Below are positions 1 through 36,500 of a stretch of 64,000 nucleotides of DNA, one piece after another. The notes below the pieces were generated by a model. That model saw only the letters and a list, made by a program, of their open reading frames with translations, did not search any database and was not told the origin of the DNA. Position 1 is the stretch's first letter; each line of letters begins with the position of its first letter. The DNA comes from Paraspadella gotoi (Eukaryota; Animalia; Chaetognatha). The stretch spans positions 11,819,180-11,883,179 of the forward strand of contig CM119266.1 in the NCBI GenBank assembly GCA_051294375.1. The letters run 5' to 3'. The translations under genes and the position numbers were made by a program.

Positions 1-3000
1 TCTCTTCACACCGCGAATACGAATTCCATGTGTTTATTTTCTTTGAGAACGCGACAATAAATTCTCCAGGTCACGTGACAGTTTTCGTCGAGAAATTCGA
101 CATTGACGAAACGTCGCTGCGATCGGTTACCGAGTCAGGATTGATCCGTCAGTCCGTGGATCCGTGGATCCGTCGATCCTGAGGGAGGGAAGAAGGAGGA
201 ACAAAGACATCCGTTTCGTTCTCACTTTTTTTTTTTTCGTCGTTCGTTGACAGTTTTATGAGAGGACGGGTCGACCTTTAAAAATTTAGATTCGATCGCA
301 AACTTTCTTATTATTTTTTTATTTTTAAATCCTTTAATTAATTTTCGTTGTGAAAAAAAAAAGAAGTCGAATGTGTTTTTAATACAGAAAAAGAAATTGA
401 TTTTAGTTTCACATTTTCAGCGCATAATGGGGCTTCGGTTTCATAATATATCATAACATCATAATATCATAACAACGAAAACTTCGAAGCAATACAATCA
501 ATGGTTTTCGAACCTTTGACATTAGTATATAACAGTTTGCTTCAACTCTCTNNNNNNNNNNNNNNNNNNNNNNNNNNNNNNNNNNNNNNNNNNNNNNNNN
601 NNNNNNNNNNNNNNNNNNNNNNNNNNNNNNNNNNNNNNNNNNNNNNNNNNNNNNNNNNNNNNNNNNNNNNNNNNNNNNNTATCGATCGATTAAAAAATCC
701 CTTCGCACTGATATTTTTACTCATCTTTCAAAAGAAGAAGACGAGAAGAGGAAGAAATAAAACGGGGAAGAAGAAGAGGAGAAATAAAGGAGCAAAAAGA
801 AGAAGAAAAAAGTTTTTTTTTAAAGAAGAAAAAGAAGAAGAAAAAGAAGAAGAAGAAGAAAATGCTTTTTGAGATCGAAAAAGATTTTTCTACCCTGAGA
901 TTCCCGAAGNNNNNNNNNNNNNNNNNNNNNNNNNNNNNNNNNNNNNNNNNNNNNNNNNNNNNNNNNNNNNNNNNNNNNNNNNNNNNNNNNNNNNNNNNNN
1001 NNNNNNNNNNNNNNNNNNNNNNNNNNNNNNNNNNNNNNNNNNNNNNNNNNNNNNNNNNNNNNNNNNNNNNNNNNNNNNNNNNNNNNNNNNNNNNNNNNNN
1101 NNNNNNNNNNNNNNNNNNNNNNNNNNNNNNNNNNNNNNNNNNNNNNNNNNNNNNNNNNNNNNNNNNNNNNNNNNNNNNNNNNNNNNNNNNNNNNNNNNNN
1201 NNNNNNNNNNNNNNNNNNNNNNNNNNNNNNNNNNNNNNNNNNNNNNNNNNNNNNNNNNNNNNNNNNNNNNNNNNNNNNNNNNNNNNNNNNNNNNNNNCGG
1301 AAAATTTTACTTTGTCATATTGAGGGCGAAATCTTTAGTAATTCAGATATGTCTTTTTTTTAGCTGTAAAAGTTTTTTTTTCCACATTCGATTAAAGCAA
1401 TAACTATCGCTGATCTGCGATCACCTCATCATCTATAATCACTTCACCCTCACGCATCTCCTTCTCCTCTCTGACCACTTTCTCACCGGTTTCACTGACC
1501 TTTCCTCACTTCTGGNNNNNNNNNNNNNNNNNNNNNNNNNNNNNNNNNNNNNNNNNNNNNNNNNNNNNNNNNNNNNNNNNNNNNNNNNNNNNNNNNNNNN
1601 NNNNNNNNNNNNNNNNNNNNNNNNNNNNNNNNNNNNNNNNNNNNNNNNNNNNNNNNNNNNNNNNNNNNNNNNNNNNNNNNNNNNNNNNNNNNNNNNNNNN
1701 NNNNNNNNNNNNNNNNNNNNNNNNNNNNAGAAGAAGAGGAAGAAGAGGAAGAGTTAAGAGAAATATGGGATAACGCAGATGGCCGGAGGAGCGGACGGTG
1801 GGGTGGGGTGAGGTTGTGGGTGGGTAGGGAAGAGGGGTAAGGGTAAATACCGGCTAGTTGGGTAGTGAAAGGGATGGTAAGTTTGAGGGAAAGATAAGAA
1901 AAAGAGTATAGTACTTATAATGGATTGAGATGTGGGGGGAAAAAGAGTGGTTTGACTGTAGAGATGGTGGTTGGATGAGATGGTGGAAGGGTGGAGTTTG
2001 GGTGGTTGGATGAGATGGTGATGGATGAAATATGGCAAAAGAAAAAAAATTGAATCTGGTAATCTTGAATCTTTGAATCGGAACTGAAAGGGAAATAAAA
2101 GTGAATTGGAAAAGGAAAAAGGGAAGAGAAGAATTAAAGAGGGATGGAGACTGGAGAAGGAGAAAGGAGAAGGAGAAAGGAGAAGGAGAGGAATATAAAA
2201 GAGAGAAAAGGAAGGAGAAATAAAAGGGGAAAATATATAACTATAAAATTTGAACCTCCCATTTTTCAAGTATGAGTAAAAAATGACTAGATATTGATAG
2301 TTAGAAGGAAAAAAAAAGGTAAAATTGTCAAATAATTATGAAGAGAACATAAAAAAAATCGCCATCAAACAAAAATATTTTCGAAATTTAATTTTTTCGA
2401 TGAGTAAATGCGGAGAAATCGGATGTAGATTTTTGAATTAATTCGAAGAAAAGGGTTTAATTTGAAAAAAAGATGGGGCTGAGAATCGTAACGGTTTTTT
2501 TTTAAATAAGAGATGAGAAAAACGAAGAAAATTATGTAAAAATATAGATGGGGTCAAAGTTTTTTTCATGGTGTTAATTTATGTATACATTTTATCGAAA
2601 AGTCTCAAATATTGTTTCAATTTCACGTTTCGCTTGATATTTGTTATCGGGGTGTTCCTTCCTTTCTCGTTTCCTCTCGCTCCTCCCTTACTTCCCTTTT
2701 TTCCTTCCCCTTCTCCCTCTCTCTCTCTCCCTCCCTCTCTCTCTCCCCCATCTTCCTTCCCTCATCGGCGGCATCTTCACAATTTCCCCAGGATTTCCTA
2801 GAGGACGATGAGGAGGAGGAGGAAGGAGAAGAGGAGGAAGAGGGCGAAGAGCATGAGAACCAGAGTTCGGGAGAGGGGGAGAGGAGAAGAGAGGAGAGAG
2901 AAGAGAGGTTTAAAAAATCCAGAAAGAAGAAGCAGAAATTGAGGGGGGAGGAGGAAGAGGAGGAGGAAGGGAAAACTTTTCGACTCGTCGAGCGGAGGAA

Positions 3001-3549
3001 GAGGAAGATCGCCGTTATAAAGAATAGAGAGGAGGAAGAGGAAGAGCGGGTCCCAGATTCGCCGCTCGACGAAGCGCTGGAGGTCGAAGCAGCACCGACG
3101 GCGAACTCCACGGCGAACTGGACGCATTTTCGAAGACGATCGCCGTCGACGGCGAAGATTTCTTTCTTTTTTTAATACAAATTAAAAAAAAACTCCGTGC
3201 GTAAACATAAACAAACAAAAATAACTCGCCCGGTTTCGAAGTGACGATATAATTAGACAAACTGAAAACGAAATAAACAAAGGAACAAGATATGTAATTT
3301 TTTGCCGTTGCAAATAAATTAAATTTACTTTTAAAGTTATGAACAATTGAAATTTTCTCGCCTCCAAACTACAACACCCCGTGGAAGAAATTCCTCCCGC
3401 GCCTCTTCTTGCGGTCGAAGGCCTCTTGAAGAGTCGTCGTCCTCCACGGCATCCGAAGCATTCCCCAACATCGTCGTCATCGTCGTCGTCGACTTCATCG
3501 AACAATTTGATAAAAAAAAGTCATTCATCTTGAAAAAAGTTTTTAGTTC

Positions 3550-3610
<61 letters not shown>

Positions 3611-4760
3611 CTCTCTCCTCTCTCTCTCTCTCTCTCAGCCAAATCATCGGAATTTCGGGGTCATTCACGAGAATCATGAAAATCACGAGGACTGATTTCA
3701 AGCTTTGGATCATCAACGACATCTTGACATTGTCGTCGTCGTCGTCGTCGTCGTCGTCTTAATCGCCCGTTCATTCTCCACGCCTCTCGTCGAGTTCATC
3801 ACCGAATGTAAACAAAAAGTAAGTTTGGAAATCAACAAAACGACAAAACGAGAAATCGATGACTTCGGAACTTTTTTTTTTCGCTCGCTCTCTCTCTCTC
3901 TCGTTCTTCATGACTCTCTTTTTCTTTTCTCGTTAATCTCCCTCCCCCCAGTCCCTCACTATCTCTGTCCCAGTCAAAAAATCAGAGCGTGATAATCGAA
4001 ACTGTGATGAGTGAGAAAGAGAGTGAGAGAGAGAGTGAGACAACGAGAGATTGAAAAATTCTCCCGCGAATTAGCGACTTTGGATTTTTTTTTTCTAGAT
4101 TTCTTCATCTTTACGAAGGGAGAGTTGGGGAAGGGAGACACTCGACGCTCTCGAAGGCGACTCGCTCCATCACCATCGAGACGTCAACGGAGGACGAGAT
4201 TTTCGTCGTCGTCGTCGTCGTCGTCATCATCATCATCCTTGCGCAGATGGTGACGCTCTGTCCCAATCTTCACTCGAACAAAATTTAGCTGCGAGAGAAA
4301 ATCAAAACTTGGCCAATCTTAGTATTTTACAAACTTCGCGCCGATTAAAAAACAACAAAACGAAAACTGCCTCACCCCCCAAAAAAAACAAACTTAAAAT
4401 AAACAAACAAACAAAACAACGAAATTATTCGCCTCCCGACTTTTAAATCTTCTTCTTTATTTTTCTTTCATTCGTGAAAGAAAATCCGTAAAAAATCTCA
4501 ACGGAAAAGAAACGAAAGAACTTCAACGAGAAAGAGAAGGAAAGACAAAAAGACAGAAAGAAAGAGAGCGAAACTAAATTCAAAAAAACTTCAGATAACG
4601 AAAATTAAAATAAGAAAAAAAGAGGGGAAAAAAAAGAAAATCTATATCCCTCCCTACGGCATTTATATCTTCGTCGAAAATCTACGTCCACTGACAAGAA
4701 AGAGAAACCACCACCACCACCATCCACCTCAATCTCCACCCCCCCACGCTCCACCTCAAC

Positions 4761-13498
<8,738 letters not shown>

Positions 13499-14821
13499 AC
13501 AAAAGAAAGGACTCAAGAATCGAAGGTAGGGTAGATGTTATATTTCTTTTCGTACTTTGTTATATTTTTGTTATATTAAAAAGAGAACTGAATCTTTGCG
13601 AAAATTTGTAGTCATGTTTAATATTTTGTTATTTTTAACTTTGTGCTCTCTGATTATTTTTTTAGATTGTCGCCGAAACATTTTTTCATGCTCACATGAT
13701 ATTCATATTGGTTATTGTTTAATTCTACGATTAATATTGTAAAAATCAACAGCCACGGCCCCTTTTTCCGCTGCATTGTAAATAATTTTCTTCGTATTCT
13801 TTACCATACTTCGCGATTAAAAAAAAACAGACACGGTCTTTCTCAGTATTTGCCTTTTGTTTTTAATTAAAACCTTTTGGCGCAACTTTTCAAAATTCTT
13901 TTCTCGATCTCGTTCGGCCCGCCGCTTTCCTCGCCGACTTTCTCGCTCCCCCTCGCTCCATCTCCGTCTCCCAGGGTTTCGCCCCGAACTCTGTCTCGTT
14001 GTTGTTATCCCGCTCCTTTTCCCTCCGCCCGCTCTTCTTCCCCCTCTCACTCCCTCGCCCGTCCACGTTCTCCAAACTTCCGGCGAGTAGCGCTTTGCCC
14101 GCCGTCTTCCTGTACGCCCGCCCCTTGCCCGTCAGCCTTTGCAGGTCGAGAGTGTCTCGGTGCTGACGCTCAGATCGGTCCTTATCCGACCGGAATCTCC
14201 GTCCGCGGGCCAGAACGGCCTCCGATTCGCTGGCGTTTGAATTCTCGGCCTCTGATTGGTCGGCGCTGGATTCTCGTGAAGGTCCGACGCCCCGACGACG
14301 ACGACGACGACACCTCGCGGGGTTTTTTGAAAAAAAATGTTTGTTTTTATTTCGAGGATTTTTTTCGAGTGCATTGTTATTTTTTGAAATTTGAAATTAT
14401 GAAAGGCCAGGATCGGGAAAAAAAATATCTCACGAAATCACATATCTAGTTTAAAAAACGAGTTAGTAATTGTAATTAACAAAATCAAGAAGTGAGATGT
14501 GTTGTAATTAATGCTCAATTTCCAAAATGTATGTATATATTTATCAAAATAATAATGCAATAAAAAGTTTGAAAAAATAGTTATATTCATATGAATCTCC
14601 AAATGAATTAAGAATCAAAATCGCGAATCAAATGTATTTTTTTAAGTAAAAACCGAAAGAAAATAATTATCGTGCGCTTTTCAGGAAACATATGGACAAC
14701 ACTCGACTATGAAAAAAAAACATTTTCCCTGCGGAAAAAACGGCGAGAATCCGATGAATATGGAGCATTTTTGGGATAGTTTTTTAAGAAGGGCGACTTT
14801 TTAATAAATTTCTTGTTTCAC

Positions 14822-14919
<98 letters not shown>

Positions 14920-15086
14920 TCCCTTCACCTCTCTATCTCCCTCACCTCTCTCTCCTCTCTGATTCCCAGGCGTTATGCAGAGGCGACAGTTGAAAACTAG
15001 AAGTTCTCTCAAATAAATTAATGATAAAGGGACTGTTAAAGAATATGAAAATAAAAATAATTTTAAAAAATTATCTATTAATAAGC

Positions 15087-15463
15087 GCACGGAAGCATTT
15101 AAAGATTATTTATTACTATATATAGTTAAAAATTTTTTTTTAATTTTTCAATTTTTTTTAATGGATTCTGATAGAGCTTTAAAAGTTAGATAAAGGTTAT
15201 TAATACAAATTTAAAAAATTTTTTTGTTTTATGATAAAAAATTTAAAAAACTAGAAATTCAGCCAATGATGATGATGTGATGATTTTTTAACGTTTTTTT
15301 CTGTTTTTAACCAATTTCTTGTCAAAATTTTAAAATAATTGTAGTACTAACTTTCATTTAACTTTTCAAGCTCTATAGGAATCCGTTCTTAAAAACTAAC
15401 TTTTTTAAAAAAAATTTTTGTCATTTGTTATATATTAATAAATATTTAAAAAAGCTTCAGTGC
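15087..15463. mobile_element. AT-rich MITE/foldback-like element with imperfect terminal inverted arms of about 140 bp
   Basis: The left arm gcacggaagc...ggattctgatagagctttaaaagttagataaaggttattaatacaa matches the reverse complement of the right arm, gcactgaagc...ggattcctatagagcttgaaaagttaaatgaaagttagtactacaa. No clear target-site duplication (TSD). Confidence 0.65.
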
Positions 15464-16321
15464 AACAACCCAATGAACTAATTCAAAAAGTTGCATTGAA
15501 AATCGATTTAGTAATAGAAGGAAAAAAGGATTTTTTGAGAGAATTAAAAGTTATAAAAAGTGTTCAATTTTGGCCCGCCTTATTATGCAGAGTTGAAAAC
15601 TCGCTAATGTTTCGTCGAAGGCCATCGCCTTAAAACAACACGGGGCAGAGGCTTTCGCTCGCCTTCCCTTCTCTCACTCACTCACCTTCAAGTTGCCCGG
15701 AAGCGAAAAGAAGGGGGGTGGTTATTTTTGTTAAAAAGTTTGTTGGCGCAAAATTTGAGCGTGAAATTAAAGAAAAACAATAACGCAACAGTAAAATTTT
15801 GACTCATGCTAGTGAAATTTCAGTGCTTTTTTTAAATGTGTTTTTAAGTAATTACAAAAAATTAACCGCGAAAAGTTAAAACTGAATGACTAAATTTGAA
15901 CTGAAAATTCGGAATGACTCAAAAAGGGGAATTTATGCTTCGCTTTTATTATTAGTAGTTAGTATATAAATTCACCAATTGTCAAAACCTTGCGCTGAAG
16001 AAGGTTCGAATTGCAAGAACCGAAACAAATAACTCTGTTATTTTGTCACTGCTCTTATTATTTGAATGTTTCCATAATGAATCTATTGACATAAAAAAAT
16101 AGCATTTAAAAAAAAGATGAAACAAAAAATCTGCCCAAGTCAAAAAATGTTTTTGAAAATTTAATTATTTCTATTGATTAGCTCTTACTTAAAAAATTAT
16201 TTAGATTACCAGAAAATTCAAACATAGAACAAAATAAAACAGTCTCAGTAAAAGAAAAACTTCAAAACGTTTTCGTAAACAGTTTCTGAATCCATTCAAT
16301 CGTCTCCCCTTTATCTATCTC

Positions 16322-16466
<145 letters not shown>

Positions 16467-16673
16467 AGGCTCCGCAACTTTTCGTTCCATTTTTCCTATC
16501 ATCGGCCTCGACGTCGGTGGTCCGCCTTTTCCAAGGCCCCTCGGGAACCCCCCCACCACTCGGGGGCGTCAACACCCACGCCCACACATCCCTAGCCCCC
16601 CTTTCAACACCCCAGTTCTCTTTCTCTCTCTCTCATTATATCTCGGCGATAATTGCTTCTTTATGGGCGATGT

Positions 16674-29869
<13,196 letters not shown>

Positions 29870-30525
29870 TTTGTCTTTATGGTGAAATTAGTTGCAATAG
29901 AAATCTGATGGTCTTTGATTCCCGCTTGATTCCTTCTCGGTTCCCTGGCGACAAATGGTCTTCCATATTTTCCCTTGCGAGAAAAACGACTTCATTCCGT
30001 CACGAGAAATAGATTGGAGGAATATTGCCAGACTCGGAAAGAACTTCGCCCCGTAGTTTGTGGCCATTGCGGGACATGCAACCTTGCTGTGAGAGAGCAA
30101 GAAGGTTAACACATTTTTAGAGGCTGAAAATCAACTTACTCGTTACTTGGTACACAAAAACCAAAGAGATTGAATTGAATAGTTTTATTCCAGAAAAGTG
30201 AATTTAACATTATCATACAAATGATCATCGATCAAATTGGGAGTGGGTCCCATTCATTACAGACAAATCTTCTATTCAGAAGATATAAAAAACAAAATCG
30301 ATTTGGTTGAATTTACATAAAATAATTTTAAATGACTATGAAAAACGATCGTATGAACAGAGTGATTGCGAGTCTCGGGTAAGTCCACAGTATAGAAAGC
30401 TTTAAGTACAACATTAGTAGATATATATACATTCTTATTCTCCATAAAATTGATTCGCTCCTAGTTGTAGCATTCAATTTTGAAAATCCAAATTGCTCCT
30501 ATTAATTACTCCCCCCAACCGCTCC

Positions 30526-33500
30526 TCAAAGGCCATCGGTCTCGGTGTAAGCCCTTTGCTCTTTGAGGTCGAGGCCGGTGTTTTCAACGCCTGAAAAAAA
30601 AGAGTTAAGTATCACAAACATATTAAAAATGTAATAATTAATTATAATTGCGTCGCGTCTAAATTTTGCCACCCTAAAAATTACAGAATTGTTTATTCCG
30701 TACGATGTATCAATATTGGTTCAATTACAAACTATATTGACTCATTTAAGTAATTTTAATACAAATTTTTAACCTTGAACAGATGAGGAGACGCTTGGAA
30801 TGGCCTGTCTCGATGAAGATGCGTGGGAACTGAAGTCTCTTTCTTCTTCTTTGCTCCTTTCTTTCTCTTTCTTTGACATCACGGAGAATTCCTCTTGATC
30901 GTATGGACTTTGGTTGGTGTAAGGGTAAAAAAAAAAGGAAAGTGGGAAATCATGAGTGCCAATTTAAGAAAAGAAACTTTTAGTAGCAAATCCCCCTCGG
31001 TGAAATATCTCCCTTTCAACCCGAGCAAAAAAATTATATTCCTCCTCAGTGCCTCACTTCATTCTCGGCGCTGCCTTTTTGTTTTTCGTGATGAGACAAA
31101 TAAAGACGATAGCGAGGATGATGAGTCCGCCCAGCAGCGCCACCGTCACGTAGAGGGCGTATTCGGCCGTGTGGCGAATCGCTGCGAAAAAAAAAAATAA
31201 TAAAAGTAAATTCACAACAATCCCAGTTTCGACTTCACCCTTCGAAGCCTCATTCACTCACTCATGCACATGGGCCACTCTTCCTCGCGGCCCCAGTCTT
31301 CGCCCTCCCAGTCGCCGTCGAAATTGCAGTACCAGTTGTCCTGACCCCAAAAGTTGTAGCCGTCCTTGCAGCCGGCCTTGATTCGCTGGCCTGAATGTCG
31401 GGTAGAGTTAATTGTTCAAGTAAGGAAGCGAAAAGTCGAATCTGTTATAATTATAATGATAATTATATTTATAATTTTTATGAAATTGGTACAACCAATA
31501 TGAAAATTATCCACTCAGTTAATAAATAAGGTTTCTTGCCCCTGACTTTGGACAGGCTTTGGAGGTTTAAAGCCTCCATCACTCTTACAAGATAATTACA
31601 TAGCAGGTCCCTGCAAGCTTTTAATCAAGACTCTCTCACAGTCTCGTTTATTCACTCACTATGTTTTATTTGTTGACATTTAAATTTCTTATTATATTAG
31701 ATTAGGCATGAGGTGGAAGCCGATTGATTTTTTGAACAAAAAAAAATACAGAAACTTCATTCGACATTTGCTCAATGAGAGACATCAACATTTCTTTTAA
31801 TTTGTTGGCCGAAACTTCATCTGACAGCCCGTATGTTTGTCTAAATAAGTGATAACTTTCCCTTGTTATCGGACTTCGGGGGAAAAAAATTGAATAAAAT
31901 AAAAAATGTAATACTAATGGGAAAAAAATTACGAAAACCTTCCCTTTTCGTCATGTTTCATAAAGTACGATAAAGATATATAAACCGCTGCAGGTAGCTA
32001 AAATTACATTTATTTACAAGTAACTTTTCCAGTTAATTTCTAATGTTTTTTTCTCCTCGATTGACGTCGTTATTTACGTAATATTATCTCGTGATCGATC
32101 AACAACAACCGAAAAAATCGCGGCGAAAAAAAAATAATATTCGCGGCAAGAGAAAGATGGCTCACAGTGAGAATGGTGATTCGATGCCTTCACAATTCGC
32201 TTCACGAGCTTGGAAGTTATTCGCGACACATTTCGAAAATTCACGACGCTTTGCGTTTGAGAAAGTCATCGACTTTGGCTGCGGAAATGGGGACACCACG
32301 TTTCGTCTGTCGAATTGGATCGAAGACTTGAACCACAAGGCGGGGCATCATGGGTATTGGGTAACTCATATTTCGAAACATTGACTTGGTTTACGTTTTT
32401 CTTCCTTCAATGATTTTTCCCTCCTCAATAATCGAATGTCATTTAGTCTCCGACCATTCATCGTCGGCGTTGACGTCTGCCCCGCCAACGTCGCCATCTG
32501 CCAGAACCGAAACTCGGAATCGAACGACGACGAATTGAATTTCAAGGAGGCGGATCTCGGGGACGCTTCCACTCTTTCGCCAGAGTGGGAATCGGCCTTC
32601 GATTTGGCGACCAGTTTCATGTCCGCCCACTGGATCAATGATCAGACGCAGGTTTTGAGAAATATCTGGTTCTGCTTGAAGCCCGGAGGGTATTTCTTTT
32701 TGTATTGTCCGACGGGATTGGAACGGGTTCCGGAAAATGGTAAGAATTATATTTATAAATCTATTTGAATGTGACATTTGATTTCGAACGGATGAATCCT
32801 TTGTTTTGTTTTTGTTTTTTTTAGATGGAATATCGAATGGAAACTTTTCAACGGATCAAGTTGTAAAGTTAAAGTACAACGCTTACACCATAGGTGATTA
32901 TTGGATTATAAAGTAAATTTTTCGAGATTTTTTTGTATCTTAAAATTTTTCTCCAGCCGGACAACGCCTCCGTGAAAAGTGGGGTCGTTGGCTGCCCGAG
33001 GGCGGAATGTGCGAGGTCCTCTTCCCGGGCCTGGCGGCCTTTCATCCCTGGGCCGGCTCCGACCCGGCGAGGGGCTTTGCCCAGCTGGTCGTCGACGCCG
33101 GTTTCGACATTCTCGAGGCTCGCAACGCCGTTTTCGACTTCGTCTGCGAGGACGACGCCGATCTCGTCGACGACGTCGCCTCCTTCTGCCCCAAGATGGA
33201 GTTGTTGGAGGCCGAGGATCGAGTCGCATTCGCTCGAGATTTTGTGGAAGAGTTTAAAAAGATCTGTCGGTGGAAGGAGATCGAAGGAGAGAAGAAGATT
33301 CTCCTGGATACGAGCGTCATTGTCGTCATCGGACGGAAAGTTTGAAATATCGATGGCAGTTTCTTTTTTTTTTTTAATTCGACTGAAAATAGAATGCGTG
33401 AAATACGCAGTTGACTGCGAAGAACAGCACTAACGTTATTGCGTTACAGTTTTTTCCAGGAAGATTTCATATGCTTGACAAAAAAAGGAAAAATGCTTTT

Positions 33501-36500
33501 TGCGATCGCTTTAATTTTCTCTTTTATTTAATTTTTTTTTTTTATTACGGGATTTCTGGTTCCTGCGATGTCATTAAAAATACGAATTTTTTGAAATTTT
33601 TAAAATATTTTTTCATATGGTAACAACTTTTTTTTTTATTAACGGTAATCTCTTTCCTTATTGAGTACCTCTTGTATGTATAATAAAATTTGTCCGAACA
33701 AAATAAAAAACTTTTTATAAAACATACTTTACTAGGATTTATTTATTACCTGCCATGTACAAACGCGGATTTCTGACGGCTCCCTCCCAATCACCGCGGA
33801 AAGGAAGCACGCCACACGAGTTCACTAAAAAAATATAAATTGTTACAAAATTACATTTTCATCTTGCGCTGATGAAGGTTAACATTTTAGGAGAAACATG
33901 TCCGAATGTCCGTTTAATAATATAAACTGTATCGAGGTTAAAACAAAAATAAAATTGTGGCAAAATTTTACATTCACTGTTTAAGATTTTCCAGACGGTG
34001 ATTTTCTTTCCCCCGCTTTTTACGAACAACAATGTATAAAAATTTCCTGACGCGAGAAAGAAAAAGAACACATGTAAGTGGTAAGAATACAAATTTTTTT
34101 TTAAGAAAAACGATCCTTAACCCTAACCACTGCTAACCTAACCTCAAAATTACTCTGAACCCTCCTACCTCAAACCCTCACCACCCATAACCATATTAAC
34201 TCTAACCACAGCTAACTACCCCTAACCACCCATAATCCGTAACCAAAAAATGGTAATGATATATTGCAGTAGAAAAATAAACAAGTGGGTACTGGGTATA
34301 GTATAGTAGGACCCAGTCGGTAAAAGTAAAATAGTGCCAAAATAGTTTTTACTTAACTGCAAAATCACAAAATATTTAACAACAACATTCCACGACGAAC
34401 TCACCCGGCTTCATGCCCTCGTAAACGCCTTCCCACCAAAGCCTTTGCAGCTTGGTGTTGTCGGCAAGCAGCTTGTTCGCCGTGGATCGGTAATCGTAAA
34501 CGCACTCCGGGTTAGTCGTTCCCGTCTCGTCTTTGCAGTAGGAATTCACTTCTTGCTCTGCATAATTAATTGATTGCTCGAATTGATTGATTAATAATAA
34601 TAGATTGATTGGTTGATCGAATGATTTGTTCTGTCTGCCTACCCGTAAAGGTGGCGTTGTTGGGCATGGGCGGTTGGCCGAAATAAGGAAAGAAGTCTCT
34701 CAGATTCCAAGTCAAGTGCATTCGGGAAAAGTTTCTTCCGACAGGGTGCGTTAGCGTAGATCGCTTTACGGACTAAAGAGGATCACGATTAATGACTATT
34801 TATATAATTATAAATTATAAATTATATATAAATATATATATATAAATAAATTATAAATATATAATTATCGTTTTTGACAAAGACTTTGCGTCTAAATAAA
34901 ATCAGCAAACCCTGTCATTTCTATCACTGGTTACCATATAAACTTATAAAAATTAGTAATAAACCTTATTAAAAGCTTCTCTAAAAGACTGAAACATCTA
35001 AGAAAACCGAATCAAAAATTATGTTAAATAATCTAAACTGCTACACTAGGTAAATAAGTTTGCAAGACTCAATTCATTTAAATTAAACAAAAATTTATTA
35101 TGTTGAGGCAACAAATTTACTCTGCTACATATTTAAATCCTTCACTCAGGCCTTCACTCTTAACAAATAAAATTGCTCGTTAATTTTCCATTCATCACAT
35201 TTAAATGTCAAATATGTTCCAAAAACTTTCTCGCTTTGAATGTATCTTGATCCTTTTCACTCCTGCCTTACCTCGATCCTCCAGTATTGCCCGAAATCGT
35301 GAAATATGATCGCCTGATCCTTGCTGGTCACGTGACGCTCGTCCGACCCTTGCTTCGGCACCGTGAGGTCATTCTCTTCGATCGCGTCCCAGTAGCCGAA
35401 CAGGCCTTCCGTTCGGCGCTTTGGGAGGAACGTTATTAATGCAAATAAATATACGAACTATTGAAGTAAATACACCTTGCTAAGGCGAAGAGGAAAACGA
35501 TAAAATAGACGACAAATTTTAACTTTAAATTAGTAATATAATAGTATCAATTCACTTAATAAAGTTTTTCAATCAAGATTCTCACAGTCGTTTTAACCGA
35601 AAAGGCAACTGACTTTGTTGTCTTGTATAGCATCTTTATGAACTGTTTCAATTGTTTAGCATACAGTTTGTAAGTATCGGCAAAGTAGAAGATGACGATA
35701 ACAACGACCAAAACTCACGTAAAAGAGCGGAGACGCAGAGACAAAGACGTTGAGGAGTCCGTGAGATTCTGTGACTTGAACTCCGGTGCCGGAAGGAAAG
35801 AGCAGAGTCAGGTTGTTGTTGTCGAAGTTCAGCGGGTGAGACTCGCTGAAGATCGACAAATCTGGCACAGAAGGTGGGGGGTAGGGGTTTATTGTTGTGG
35901 TTGTTTTTGTTATTAGTGTCTACTTTTTCGGGAAAAATCCCAAATAATATATGATTCTATTTTTAAAAGTCGTTGTACCAAAATGATTGACAACCTAGTA
36001 AAAAAAAAGGGTTTTCGTCAACCTTATTAACGTAAACGTTTTCGTTATTGTTTTAAATTCGTGGTCATTTTCGCTTTAGTTTTTTTAAAGCGTTGTTTAC
36101 TTATTAAAAGTCGTCTTTTTTTTTGTCTTTCTCATGAATTATGTGAAATATAAATAATAATCTCACTGGTGAACCACTGCCATCTGTTGAGGGAATTGTT
36201 TAGAAGGATCTCCTCGTTGTCGACGAGAATCTGCAACCGATTCCTCCAAGTGGCCGTCGCCAAGTTGGCGCGCACCTCGACGACGCTCCCGCCCACGCCT
36301 TCCTTGACGGCGATGGCGGTCACGCCCGTCGCGTTCACTTGACCGTCTGTGAAAAAGAAGACGACGATATAATGGGGAATGAATAAACGATGTATATGTC
36401 TCTGTCTCTCTCTGTCTCTGTCTCTCTCTCTCTCTCTCTGATTCTCATATCTCCTGTGTTTTATTTGAGCAAGAATTCAAAAGTGAAGAGTGTGAAAACA

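Noticed and set aside
451-2269. ORFs spanning N gaps and the purine-rich tract at 1730-2270
   Set aside because: They are open only because of Ns or low complexity, and show no domain or splice support.
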